In this document: positions 1 through 11,577 of the stretch, one piece after another
Numbering within the stretch: the stretch's first letter is position 1
Layout of the letters: the number at the start of each line of letters is the position of its first letter
From: Laetmonice hystrix
Lineage: Eukaryota
Reading direction: 5' to 3'
Assembly: GCA_965235115.1 (NCBI GenBank)
Contig: OZ249436.1
Location: forward strand, 8,742,001-8,806,000
DNA: 64,000 nt
Program-made: the position numbers and the translations under genes
The notes under the pieces: model-generated
Seen by the model: only the letters and a program-made list of their open reading frames with translations
What the model was told of the DNA's origin: nothing
Database searches by the model: none

Positions 1-116
1 CGTAGTGAGCTTTAAAAGAAAACTGTTTGGCTTATTTATGCAGTCAACTAGTTTGATCTGGAAATCAGTAGTATTTTTTAAACAATGAACCAAACTGTGT
101 GCCAGAACCTGTCTAC

Positions 117-420
117 TCCATTGAATGCTATAGTTAAGACCCGTGTTTTACCAAGGCACTGACTGTTTGGCAGGCTGTAACTTTTTTGTTGATTCGGTGA
201 CCCCCATTTTTTTTTGTTTTAAACTATTAGTCTTGATCCACTTTATCTTGCCACCGAGTTTCAGGAGAAAATTGGTGGTCATTTTTTAACTATTAGTCAA
301 AATGTCTGAAAAATCCTGTTTTTCCCATTGAAACCTATAGTAAAGACCCATTTTTTACGGAGGCCTGTATAAAAAAATCTAATTCGGTGACATATGATTT
401 TTTTTGTTTCTTTGTACTCC
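117..420. repeat. Diverged ~200-bp internal duplication, probable DNA-transposon remnant
   Basis: ccattgaatgctatagttaagaccc (~118) vs ccattgaaacctatagtaaagaccc (~324); attcggtgac at ~192 and ~382; aactattagtc twice. No termini identified. Confidence 0.35.
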
Positions 421-1504
421 TAAGGACAAAGGCTATCCCCCATAAAAATATTTTGGAAATTCTAGTGGTGGATTCGAACACTCACATTTCCCTTTAAGCT
501 AAATTCATTGGACTCAATGGCTGAAGGTAAAGGCAAAACTTCATTTGAAATGATTTGGCTATGTGCGCTATAGCCTCCCATTCTGCGCGCATTAGCCTAC
601 AATTCTCTCATTTGCGTAGCTTTGGCAATGGCCGAGTATTGCGAGGCCTATCACAGAGGCAAGCAAAGGCCTTGCCCTAATGGGTCTCGGGCCTAAATAT
701 CGTCTTTCAACTCTTTGACAGAGCCCGAGTGGCGCGCCTTGCATAGTTGCTTGCCTATATAGCGTATTTAGCTCCTCTTTAACATTTAGGCGCCAACGTT
801 GAAAATCAAAGACGGCTGTCCTGCTCTTGAAAGACTTTTTGACAGAATTCTCTAATCTCCAAATAAACAATTTTCTCCCGTGTTTGTTGACATACGAGCC
901 CAATAAGACCACAGCACCGGAAATGTCAACCACTCTTCCAGACAATTTATGGTTCCTAGATAACAACCGACGCCGGAACAAGTGACCAAGAAAAGTGTCG
1001 AACTTAAACTTCGACCACATTCAATATCACGATCTGCTAAACCTGCCCCAACCCAAATTTGAAGCCATTTCATGCAAACAAGGCAGTGACTACAACAAAA
1101 TTCCCAATGCGGGGCACTCCTGCCTTCCCCGCGCCATTACTTGTGAATTCAGAAGGCTATTGATAGCGCACAATAATGGCGCCGACCGTTTCTAAGCTCC
1201 CCAGAAAGACCCAACGCATTCTTTTGTCAACAGGGGTGGAAGGGATATAGCTGTTCGTCAAAAAAGGCAATCATTGCTACGATGTGGCTTTTAGATTATT
1301 TATATTAATAACATTATCTAAATAATATTCCTATGCTTTTTCAAGAGTACAGTATTTTTGTCTAAGATTTCGTCTCTAATGTACTATCACAATCTTTATT
1401 ACCCTGTAGCAAATGGACTATTCCATGTGCCGGCGCGCTTGGGAAACTTGTTTAGCATGGGGTTCGCGAAACGGACAAAATCAACCATAGCGGTGGCATG
1501 TCTC

Positions 1505-1570
1505 TGACGGGCGTGGAATGCAGCCAATCAGAGCGCTGTTTACAGAGAAGGGCCCGGACCGCCCCCTCCC
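1505..1570 (+). promoter_or_regulatory. Candidate TATA-less promoter (CCAAT box plus GC boxes)
   Basis: gggcgtgg ~1509, AGCCAATCAG 1522-1531 (NF-Y consensus), ccgccccc ~1559; strong donor AG|GTAAGT follows at 1729/1730. Confidence 0.4.
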
Positions 1571-1729
1571 ACCCCACATACAACTCGAGTACCACATTCA
1601 CGAGTCGAAGGGAGTGGTAAAGCCAAAGGATTGGAATATGTGAAAATTTTTCCTCAATTTTTGGAATAATTCATTCGTACGGATTTTACGCTTAGCGATA
1701 GACGTGTATACTCCCCTGTAACATATTAG
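1570..1729 (+). other. Putative non-coding first exon of the host gene (start approximate)
   Basis: Lies just downstream of CCAAT/GC boxes and ends at a consensus donor tag|GTAAGT (GT at 1730). Linkage to the 7748 acceptor is inferred. Confidence 0.3.
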
Positions 1730-2599
1730 GTAAGTATCTTTTTCATTTTATTATAGCAGTGACACTGAAGCAAGAGTCGTTTCAGCAGAATGCAGCCAAA
1801 CAACCTTTCGGGTAGGAACCACTCCCACCAAGACGGCGAGGGATAGGACTATCTAGTTCCATCTCGTGCGCGACAGCTCCCAAAACTGAAGAATATTGTA
1901 ACGTTCTGAATTTCTTTGACAAAACACCACCTTCCACCTGGTTGGCATTTGTGTGAGGAGTATAGGAAAATTATACGTGTACGATTTAGAGGAGTGGTAT
2001 CGCAGTTTGACAGTGTCGAAGCGGTGAAGGCGGCCGGATTTAGTGCCGATATTCACGGTGTATACGGAAGCGTTCAGCCCCGGACGGCGCCCGCACCATT
2101 CCCGGGGACCGCTGCTGTGAACAGCGGTCTGAACGAACCGTCTGAACAGCTGACGGCTTTCTTTCGTCAACAGGACTGGAAGAATCTTGCACGTTGTAAG
2201 CACCAGTTGTAGCTTTAGAAGGAGATATTGTCATTATTGAGAATAGACCTCCTGACAAATGATGACATTTAGGCCATATCGCTTGATAAACTGACGGCTA
2301 GAGGTTGGCTGCGAGTTTCAACAAACTGGAGCATCGAGGTCACGGGTTGGGTTTCGGTTGTCGACAGTGTACGATGCGGAATCGGCCAATGTGAAGCCAG
2401 TTACGCGGTGCTGCATATATACCGGACCGTACATGTACATGTAGGCCTATACAACGCGGCCTCCTGTGTCGTATGTATTCTGCGGTTCAGACCGATCCCC
2501 AAATGGTCGCCGTTCGCAAAGTGGCAGGTTTACGCGGTCTTTCTAGTTGAGTGTCACCATCTGTAGGCCCGTTGTATCAATAAATGTAAACAGAAGACG

Positions 2600-2860
2600 C
2601 AGATCCAATGCGCAGTTCAGGCCTATCTGATATTGGGCTTCGCCGGTGGCAGGGCCGGAGAGGCCGGCTGGAGGCGCCTCGTGCTGTGTTTATTGACGGT
2701 GCTGTCTGCACTGAGCGCCCGTATCGGGTGGCACAGCGGGAGGAGCAGTCCGGGCGCCGGGCCGGGCCGGGCGCCGGGCCGCGGTGCCTCGAGAGGCCGG
2801 CGAAGGTAGCTTGCCGGGAGGTGTCACTCCCCGGTCGGCCAGTTCAGGTGTTAGCTGTTA
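2600..2860. promoter_or_regulatory. CpG-island-like GC-rich patch
   Basis: Dense CG and GGGCCG repeats (ccgggcgccgggccgggccgggcgccggg) against an AT-rich background, upstream of the first coding exon. Confidence 0.4.
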
Positions 2861-5800
2861 TACGTCAACAAATCAGTATACAGATCACATCCTGGTAAAT
2901 CTTTTTAGTTTTATAAAAGGAAGACGAATGACTGCAGATTCGTTGGCGTTTTGGGCACCGACATATACTGGCTTAGGCCTATAAATTAATAAATAATGCA
3001 CATAGAGCATGAAGCGATGTTTTCAGGAAATATTTTTACAGTATCGTAAATATTTTTAGCATTCGACCCCTCTATATCTTTTGTTTCAAGCCTATGTAGG
3101 CCTACAGCCGGGCCTTTAGTTTTGACAAAAGACAGTACAGGGCCTACGTACTGTCAGCGTTGAGCTTCTCCATGCAGCCGTATGTACGACAACCTATGGC
3201 TATAGTGAGCTATTATCGGCCGAGGTATTCGGTAGGCCTACATTCCTTAGGCCCCGAGCTATATGTCTGGCTGACAAGGACTGAGGTTGGTGTGAGGATG
3301 TCGGAATAGGACAGTATCTAAGCCCTAGCCCTGGAGTAGACTCAGTATCAACGTTGAGGCAGTGGGGGAGGTAGCCAATGTCTCTCCCCAATAAACACTG
3401 TCGTTATTCGCATGCAGAGCGACGTGGCCACGTCTATATGGTAGAGGCCGAATCAGGTTCAGGCAATTGTTGGGGCGAAGGAAAATTAGCAGCCAGATTC
3501 TTCCTCTTATAAGAACGCTTTTGTGATGGATCGTAGAGCTCCTTAATGAAGCAAGGTTGTCAGCCAAATCGATCAGAGACCCATGGATAGAATCCCAATT
3601 TTGCTTAGTTTGCCCCAAGGAATATTACGGGCTTTCCGCGGTAGGCAAAATTCTTGGCCCGTCAATATTGCGTGGCTTGGTTCAGAAAAATAGATTTATT
3701 ATCTATGTACTATAGGTTTTTGACTCCAGTTGCAGATGCCATGACTAACCCCTGATGTCAATCATGTAGAGGGCCTAGGCCTATACGTTTTTAATGTAAC
3801 TCCAGCTGGTTATATTAAGCCTGGTATTGAGTTTTTAGAATGATCTTACAAAATCGCCTGAAAACAGAGGATCTACTGTCCAGGCTGCACGGTCGTTGAC
3901 CCATCAGTCGCGGGTCGGGCGCTTGGTGGCGAGTGGACGATATGGAACTGGCTTCAGTCCTGTTGACAACCCGGGGACTGGTTCAGACCCGGGCGCTAGA
4001 GTAATGTGTGGGAAGGCAGCAACGGTCTTTCAACTTGATATACCTCAAACATACTGGGAGATATCGTCTATCGACCATATACCATGTTTCTGTTACCGGC
4101 ACAGTATACCGGCAGCCATACACGCGGTGAGTTTGCACAGCTCACAATGTATGGCGTGGTACATTGTATGGAAAGATTGTAGGCAGACGACAGCAGAAGT
4201 CGATCGACACCCTCGTCATTGAAACAGGGCTAGATTGGAGGGAGAGGCCAATCCCACCACTACCATTGACATGTACAATGTAATGGAGAGTGAAGGCTGG
4301 ATGCGTGAATGCGTGTTTCCTTTAAAACTATAGACAGGTAAACTCAAATGGAAAACTCCTGTCATTCACTCTGAACAAAAAATAAAGGGAAGTATAGTCT
4401 GGCCTGCACATTATTGTCCATCACGATGTCACCATTCTGGGTCAGGGAAACAAAGAAGGATGTAGTCTGACGTGATGCCGCTAACAGGCGCACTGTCGCC
4501 CTCACCACCAAAACCAGTCCTACTGGCATCCCTTTGAAATATAAACCTATCACATACATAGGGGTCGGCGTTGGCGTTGGACCTCGTGCGCTCTGTACCC
4601 GGCTCCGATCCAGGCTCTGACATGCATTAAAAACAAATGACGCCATTTGAGGCGGCAGTCGCCTCGGCTCGCACAGCCGTGCTGTATAGGTTGGAATGGC
4701 GGTGGGGGTCGGGTGGCCGGTGACGGGGACGACCGAGGCCTGCTGCCGGCGGCCCTGCTGGTCAACCCGGCCAGAGGCGGGCTAGGTTGACCGAAATAAA
4801 CACACGGCCAAGACGCCCATGCTGGTAGGAGGCCGGGTGCTGAGCCTGATAAACCATGCACACAGGGGGCCTGTCGCAGCCGTCTATTTACGCATCATAA
4901 AATCCAAATGCTACACATGGCATGCATTATTGATGACAGACTCTGAAGTAATGCTGGGTGGTGGGCATTGGTGGTGAGAAGCGCCTGGCATGACCAGCCA
5001 GTTTCTCGTTGGTATGACCCACTGGGCCCTGACGGTGCAGCAAGCAAGCATGGGGAGTTTCCACCAGTGCGGATGGTTCGCACTGCCAACCACCGGCCCA
5101 CGATAAGCGATGTCACTTCGCCCAGTATTTTCAGAGAGGCGTACCGCCCAAATTTAAACTCAGTGCTGCTTGGCGAGTTGCATATCGCGGGCAGACGTTG
5201 AGTTTGAGTCGCCGGATCCACGACCGAATGTAGTGAGAAGAGAGAGCGCGCACGAGTGTGACCTTACACTCCGGTCACATGCCGCCACTGACCGCCATAT
5301 AGCACTCGGGCCATACCACTTTTTGACAGATATGGACGTCTAGCAGGTAGGCATGCACTTTCTGACAGATGTCAAGAAAGTTATTTCTGTCAGGAGCTTC
5401 CATGCATTGACCGCCGATGGCGACTGCATTGTGGTCGAAGATAGTCGGTCTCACTCTGCCGGCAGGATGACAGTCTGGTACTGTATAACTGTAAGCAATG
5501 TAAATTATCTCATCAGGAAAGAAATATTTTGACGTCAGACTTCCGGTGGACAGGCCAAGAGTAAAAAGTTGGTGCATGGTTGTGTCCGGATAATATCCTA
5601 CCTTGGCCCATCCTGCTGGTGGCTGTAACCTCCAGCACCTCGGCAGATGTAGCCGTAGGAGGCCATAACCGTCAACTGTGTAGGTTAAAGGCGCCATGTC
5701 GAACGTGATAGCTGCGAGTCGGGTAAATAAAAGCGGGAAATGGGCGATTGCTGGCAGTTCAATGGCTTGACGTGGCAGGTTCTGTAGGGGACCTGGCCCG

Positions 5801-5981
5801 AGTCCTGTTACCTCTGTGTCTGCGAAACGTTGGGCTTACTCTACCATCAAGTGTCCTCGTAAGATTTTATACTGGGTCTGGGGCTGAGTCATGTTCTATG
5901 ACCATCTATATATCATTGTGCATGATTCCGGCGCCCTGGACTGGACAACAAACACTTTCAGGCTTTTAACATCCGATGTAA

Positions 5982-6092
5982 CTTTGACACATTGCCGGGT
6001 TATGGTGAGGGAATCTCTTTGACACATTGCCGGGTTATGGTGAGGAAACCTCTTTGACACATTGCCGGTTTATGGTGAGGAAACCTCTTTGA
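5982..6092. repeat. 35-bp tandem repeat, ~3 copies
   Basis: ctttgacacattgccgggttatggtgaggaaacct at 5982, 6017, 6052. Confidence 0.9.
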
Positions 6093-6569
6093 TCTCGGGA
6101 TGTCCGTCAGGTTCGGGGTCGTTTGGAGTCAATCTGGCAATGCCACCATGGCACTGGTATACGTATACGCACATCGCAGACCCCCACCAGTATATACGTC
6201 GGAGATGACCAGCGCGGTGTAACCAGTAGGGGTCCTTTTGTTTGATCTTTCTCTCTGTGTATAGAGAGACATGAATGACCATTTACTATATAAAGTAAGG
6301 GATGGCACGTCTAACAGAGACATTTGCCCCTCCCCCCGGTTCGCCAGGCTGCCTTCCACTAGATGCTTGTACGTGATCTAGCCACGCCCATTATGTCACA
6401 AGCTTTGCCAATAAACAATACGGCGTACTAAAGGGGGGCGAGGGGGTTATAGGGACATGCGTTCAGTCGTTAACTCGTCACCTCGCTTACATTACGAATA
6501 CACGTGAAATGATAACACTAACCCTACTCAGTGCATGCATGGTAACAACATGATGGCTCGATATGACGT

Positions 6570-6855
6570 GGGGTGGTGCCGATAGTCAGTGCCACGGTGG
6601 TGCCGATGGTCAGTGCCACGGTGGTGCCGATAGTCAGTGCCACGGTGGTGCCGATGGTCAGTGCCACGGTGGTGCCGATGGTCAGTGTGGTGCCGATGGT
6701 CAGTGCCACGGTGGTGCCGATGGTCAGTGCCACGGTGGTGCCGATGGTCAGTGCCACGGTGGTGCCGATGGTCAGTGCCACGGTGGTGCCGATGGTCAGT
6801 GCCACGGTGGTGCCGATGGTCAGTGCCACGGTGGTGCCGATGGTCAGTGCCAGCA
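6570..6855. repeat. 24-bp minisatellite, ~12 copies
   Basis: Unit ggtggtgccgatggtcagtgccac; explains the periodic ORFs at 6524-7007. Confidence 0.95.
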
Positions 6856-7747
6856 CACAGCTAAGGGCAGAGGGTGGTCGTAGTGAGGAGACACAGAGCC
6901 CCGACCATCGACTCCAAGCCGCCACCAGTGCATGGCTTTCACCACTGAGATCACCTCATGTCGTGCCCGCCGCCCGACCGGCCATGTATACCCGGCAGGC
7001 CGGTTAATGGAGGCTAGCCCCGGCCTCCTCCCGTCACACAAAATGTCAGCAAAATGTTGCAGCACGACAACCTTATTAACGGACAAAATAAGGCACATGA
7101 TATTGATTTAAAGCTCCGAAATAAGCAGCGAATGCATACAACCAACGTCATTGTATTCAAATAGATACATATTGTAACATTTCGATATGCATGTATTTTA
7201 TTGCATTTAATGATATTATTTTGTAGATCCTATGTTCTTAAAGGACGAATTTGTTATGTCACTGCAAGAATACATTTAAATATTTCACCTGTTGTGCTGT
7301 TCTGACTTGGGTTATAGGCACTGAGTATATATTTACTATATTTTTACCCGAGGTGTCACGTTCCAACACAATTAAACTTGATTATATAACCTCCCTCATT
7401 ACAGTCTGTCTATACATTCAGAATGTCTCAGTCCAAACCACACATCCGCCGTGCTCGGACTAAAATGCACAATTCAAGAGCACTGAGGCATCACTTCTGT
7501 TTATGCATTATCCTATGAATAATTTGTAATTAATGTATGTTGGGAGTTAATCACAATTTGGGGTAAAACTTATTATTGTAGAAGAGGAGCCTTGTATACC
7601 ATGTATAGAAAGAGTATTCCACGCATTGTCCTCATAGTCGATGGCACTATGTCCTCATAGTCAATGGCACTATAATAATACATTCCCCTCCTATAATAGT
7701 TGATTGAACTATAATATTATTAATGCTCATTTTTCTCTTCCACCCAG

Positions 7748-7933
7748 ACTGTAGGAAACATATACCTTCACGGTACAAGAGTACGCTGCCCAGGGAGTAT
7801 AACCAGGAGTATACGCTGTAACGGGGACCGCCATGACGGACTGCTGGTTGCCAGTCCTTTGTGACAAGGAAATATTGAATTTGTGAGGACTAGCGCACTC
7901 CCGCAGCTCGCCCTCAGCCGGCCCGAGTACACC
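7748..7933 (+). other. Putative 5'UTR part of first coding exon
   Basis: Pyrimidine tract plus acceptor ctcatttttctcttccacccAG ending at 7747; contains a short uORF at 7833-7886. Confidence 0.5.
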
Positions 7934-8216
7934 ATGGCCGGGCGGCATGAGTTCTCGCCCCTCGACCGAGGTCGACTGTTCCAGGCCGCGGCCGGTCTCA
8001 ACCCTCACGCCCCGCCGGGCCCCACACCCCCGCCGCCCCCACCTCTGCTCAGCCCGGCAGCCTTTGTGGACGCCGGCAGTGGATTAGCCAGCGGTCTGGC
8101 CCGGCAGTCGCTGGTGGAACTAGCACGTGCTAGCTCGACGCCTGGTGCGCACTGCTCGCCGCTGTCGGCCTACCAGAGCCGCTACTTGCCGCCTTCGGTA
8201 CCGCTACATTCGTCAC
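7934..8216 (+). CDS. TNRC18/BAHCC1: Coding exon 1 of TNRC18/BAHCC1 (winged eye)-like gene: MAGRHEFSP...PPPPPPLLSP...SRYLPPSVPLHSS
   Basis: Kozak accATGG, GC-rich open frame, donor c|GTAAGT at 8217 (phase 1). Resembles recalled N-termini MDGRDF..PPPPLLS..KY of human TNRC18/BAHCC1. Exon well supported; family name from memory. Confidence 0.7.
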
Positions 8217-9300
8217 GTAAGTATCATCAATTTGAATCATTGATATATATATATATTGATCCGAAATGACAAGTGAAGATGCTACCGAAATATATGATTG
8301 AATTGAGTGAAGGGTGCATAGAGATTATGTTGGTGATATCGCAGGTGCAGTCCTGCCTGCATACAGCCAGAACTGGCTTCTGAAAGGGTTCTCACCAACG
8401 CGGCAGGCTCACATTGGATAAAGGCCTCTGGTTTGCATGCATAAACAGTACGAATAAGAACCCTTTGCCTGAAACGTCGGCAGAGTCCGATAAGCACTGC
8501 CAATTACCTGTAACCATGGGCTTAAATATTTTCGAGACTGACATGCGTCGATTGTAATACTACCCCGTAGTTCTCCCCGGTGTCTTACAGCATGGCTATT
8601 GTCGTAGTCGTACAATAAGGCACAAACGCTTTGCACCTCGTTGTTGAGCGGTGGATTGAGGAATACTCGAGTATTCCGACAGTCCACACTGACTGGATGG
8701 TGGGACTGTTTTTCTCTACAGTAGACGGTAACTGTCGATGCAACCGGACAAATTCTCAGCACGAATGTCATGTTGACGTGCTTCAGAATGACAATAGACG
8801 TGCTTCTCCTGGTCAGCGGTGTTTACAGCAGTCATACCTTCGGGGTGCTTGGGAAATGGATGACATAATTACGATAAAAAACGCTTTCAAATTCTGTTCT
8901 AGTTTAGTAGCATGTTAGCACATACAGACGCCCTATAATGTTCGTGATCACAAGATAAAGGCTATGGCAACTCGGTGTAAAGACATTCACGGTGAAAGAA
9001 GTGGGATGGACCTTCAGAATTGTATCTTGGAGTTGTCTGGTCCCTGTTGTAACTTGTAACTGCTCGGAATAGGTCAGGTGTGTGTCTCCCGGTGAGGAAG
9101 GCGAGCGATCACAGTCATGGTGGAAGATTTGGTGGTCAGACAAAGGTCACCGTCAGCAATTCTCGTCGATTAGATCAAAGTGGACATGATGCTACTGTTT
9201 ATTGTTTCAGGGATAATCCGATGTAATATGTTAAAGTTTCTGATACATGTATAGTTATCAAATATGGTCTGAATGATGGGGAGCCTTGAATTGAAACCCT

Positions 9301-9361
9301 CGGTTTCATGAATATACCACCGGTTTCATGAATATACCACCGGTTTCATGAATATACCACC
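9301..9361. repeat. 20-bp tandem repeat, 3 copies
   Basis: cggtttcatgaatataccac x3. Confidence 0.9.
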
Positions 9362-10824
9362 TAGGCCTAAATCCATGTCTAGGACGACGATTACTATAGG
9401 AATCGGGAGTCTGGTATTGTCACCATGTCCCTGTTTAAGAGACTAATATCCCAAGAGAAATCGAAGCAATTTGAAATAAATATGATGTATTTTCCTCACA
9501 GGAACACATTATCTGTATTATGCTGCCATGACTGGAGCAATCTCTATAGGGTTGATACGTTGGTCAGTGTAAGTCTGTTATCTGAACACTTAAGGACCAT
9601 ATCTGTTATATGACAATGGTGGTGTTCTGTGCCAGACAACTGTAGCCTACATTGAATGAATATCGACCCGAGACTGCCGACATACAGACACGCATTGGCC
9701 ATTCATATAGAGGTTGTTCTGTGATCATTACGGCTAGAAAACCAACCTCAGTGGGATTGGTGTATGGGGTAGGCACCCGTCCCTTCCTATGGCGATCGTT
9801 GGTGCCGGCGTGAAGCATGTTCTGATCGCTCTCCATGCCAATGGAGGGTGAACGCATGAATGGAGTGTACCGTGTTGTCACCTAATCTTACCCCCACCGG
9901 TTGGCATCAGTCGGTGGACCGTGTGTATGGCCCCGTGTGGCCGACTGGTCTGGTGGTTGGTTCTCCAGTCATGTATGTCGGCTGTATAGGGTCCCAACCC
10001 TTCTTCTTCCACCCCAGCCGGCCCCGCCCCCATCTCACCCCCCCCCCCCCTCCACCAGCAGTCCCAATACCGGCTTGCCACCTCGGATCTACCCGACTCA
10101 CCGAGAAGTCCTAGAGCTTAGTCCGACTGCCATATGGGGTACATGGACAGGGGAAATAACAAGTGCCAATCTGTTCCTTGGCATTCAGTAATCAGTGGAT
10201 TTCATGCATGTTGGTCTGTCCTTGTTTGCATGTATACATGTGATTATGTCCTTGTTTTGTAAGCGAATATCTAGCTGGGAGGTTAGTTCATAACAAGGTA
10301 TATATAACATTAAAAAACGCGGGCGGTCCTGCCAAAACGGTGAGAACAGGGAGAACAGGTCCATATATCATAGAAATAAAGGAGCACTAATTAATGTATA
10401 AGGCCTAGCTCTTTCACATAATGAAGATTAATTCGAGGTTTTACTAAAGCCGCCCGTTACGGTCCCGTCCCGTAAGACATGAAATGACCAAACCGTGCTT
10501 GATAGAAACGGACAATGAGGCCTTAAGGGTGCGGCCGTATTGGGCCCGGCTGGAGGGGGTGTGATTCCCACTGAGGGAACCGTACATTTCGCCGGTAAGT
10601 GAGGGGCTGGCAGAACACAGGAAACACGGGTTATAGCCGTAGTAAATACACTGCCTGACGACCCACCTCGGCGACACAATAAATAATTCACCGTGTAAAG
10701 CCAATTGCAGTAATAATTACAAATGATAAAAATTGAATCGGGCGAGGGTGGTTAATTGATGGTTGGTAGTTAATGTAGCGCGCGGGGGAGTGAGCGAGTC
10801 GAGCTCCGAGGCCGGTTCTCACCC

Positions 10825-10920
10825 CCTTCTCTCGGTCTCTTTCTCTCTCTTTCTCTATGTCTGTCTCTTTCTCTCAGTCTCTCTCTGTCTGTCTCTCTGT
10901 GTCTCAGTGCGTCTCTCTCA
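10825..10920. repeat. (CT)n/(CTGT)n microsatellite
   Basis: Imperfect ctctct/ctgtct run. Confidence 0.85.
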
Positions 10921-11319
10921 CCTACACACACGATCCAGAAGGTTATTACACAGCACGGAGTTCCTAAGGAGAGAGAAACCGTGTCTTGCCATGCAGGCGT
11001 GTACATGTAGACAACATGGAAGTCGACCATCATGTGCCAACTGAAAATAATCTCAGAGAGTGTGCACCTGCCATGATCATGGCATACCGACGACAGGATC
11101 CTCTAAAACATGGTGTCCTAGAGACAAGGATCGAAGATCGTCACGCCATTTTATTACATACACGAATGGGATCGCGAGCACTTGCTCTACAATCTCATAA
11201 GATGCCATGTCAGTCAGGAATATTCAGCCAGCAGTTGATGCCATCCAGATCTGCAGGGGAGAATCGTGCATTGTGGGGGCTCAAACAGCGTCAGCAATGG
11301 TTACAACTTGCAGTTCTGC

Positions 11320-11577
11320 TGTGTGTGTATGGGTTGGTTGCCGGTACCATCCAAGGGTCCTCCTGTGTGTATGGGTTGGTTGCCGGTACCATCCAAGGGT
11401 CCTCCTGTGTGTATGGGTTGGTTGCCGGTACCATCCAAGGGTCCTCCTGTGTGTATGGGTTGGTTGCCGGTACCATCCAAGGGTCCTCCTGTGTGTATGG
11501 GTTGGTTGCCGGTACCATCCAAGGGTCCTCCTGTGTGTATGGGTTGGTTGCCGGTACCATCCAAGGGTCCTCCTGTA
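11320..11577. repeat. 42-bp minisatellite, ~6 copies
   Basis: Unit ctgtgtgtatgggttggttgccggtaccatccaagggtcctc, near-identical copies. Confidence 0.95.

Noticed and set aside
592-1020. 142-aa minus ORF; also 14007-14531, 40755-41225, 48228-48509, 49480-49929, 50810-51241
   Set aside because: No recognisable domain or splice context; a few ORFs of this length are expected by chance in 64 kb.
1730-1756. 27-nt micro-intron between GTAAGT and ttatAG
   Set aside because: Too short for normal spliceosomal splicing; the donor more probably pairs with a distal acceptor.
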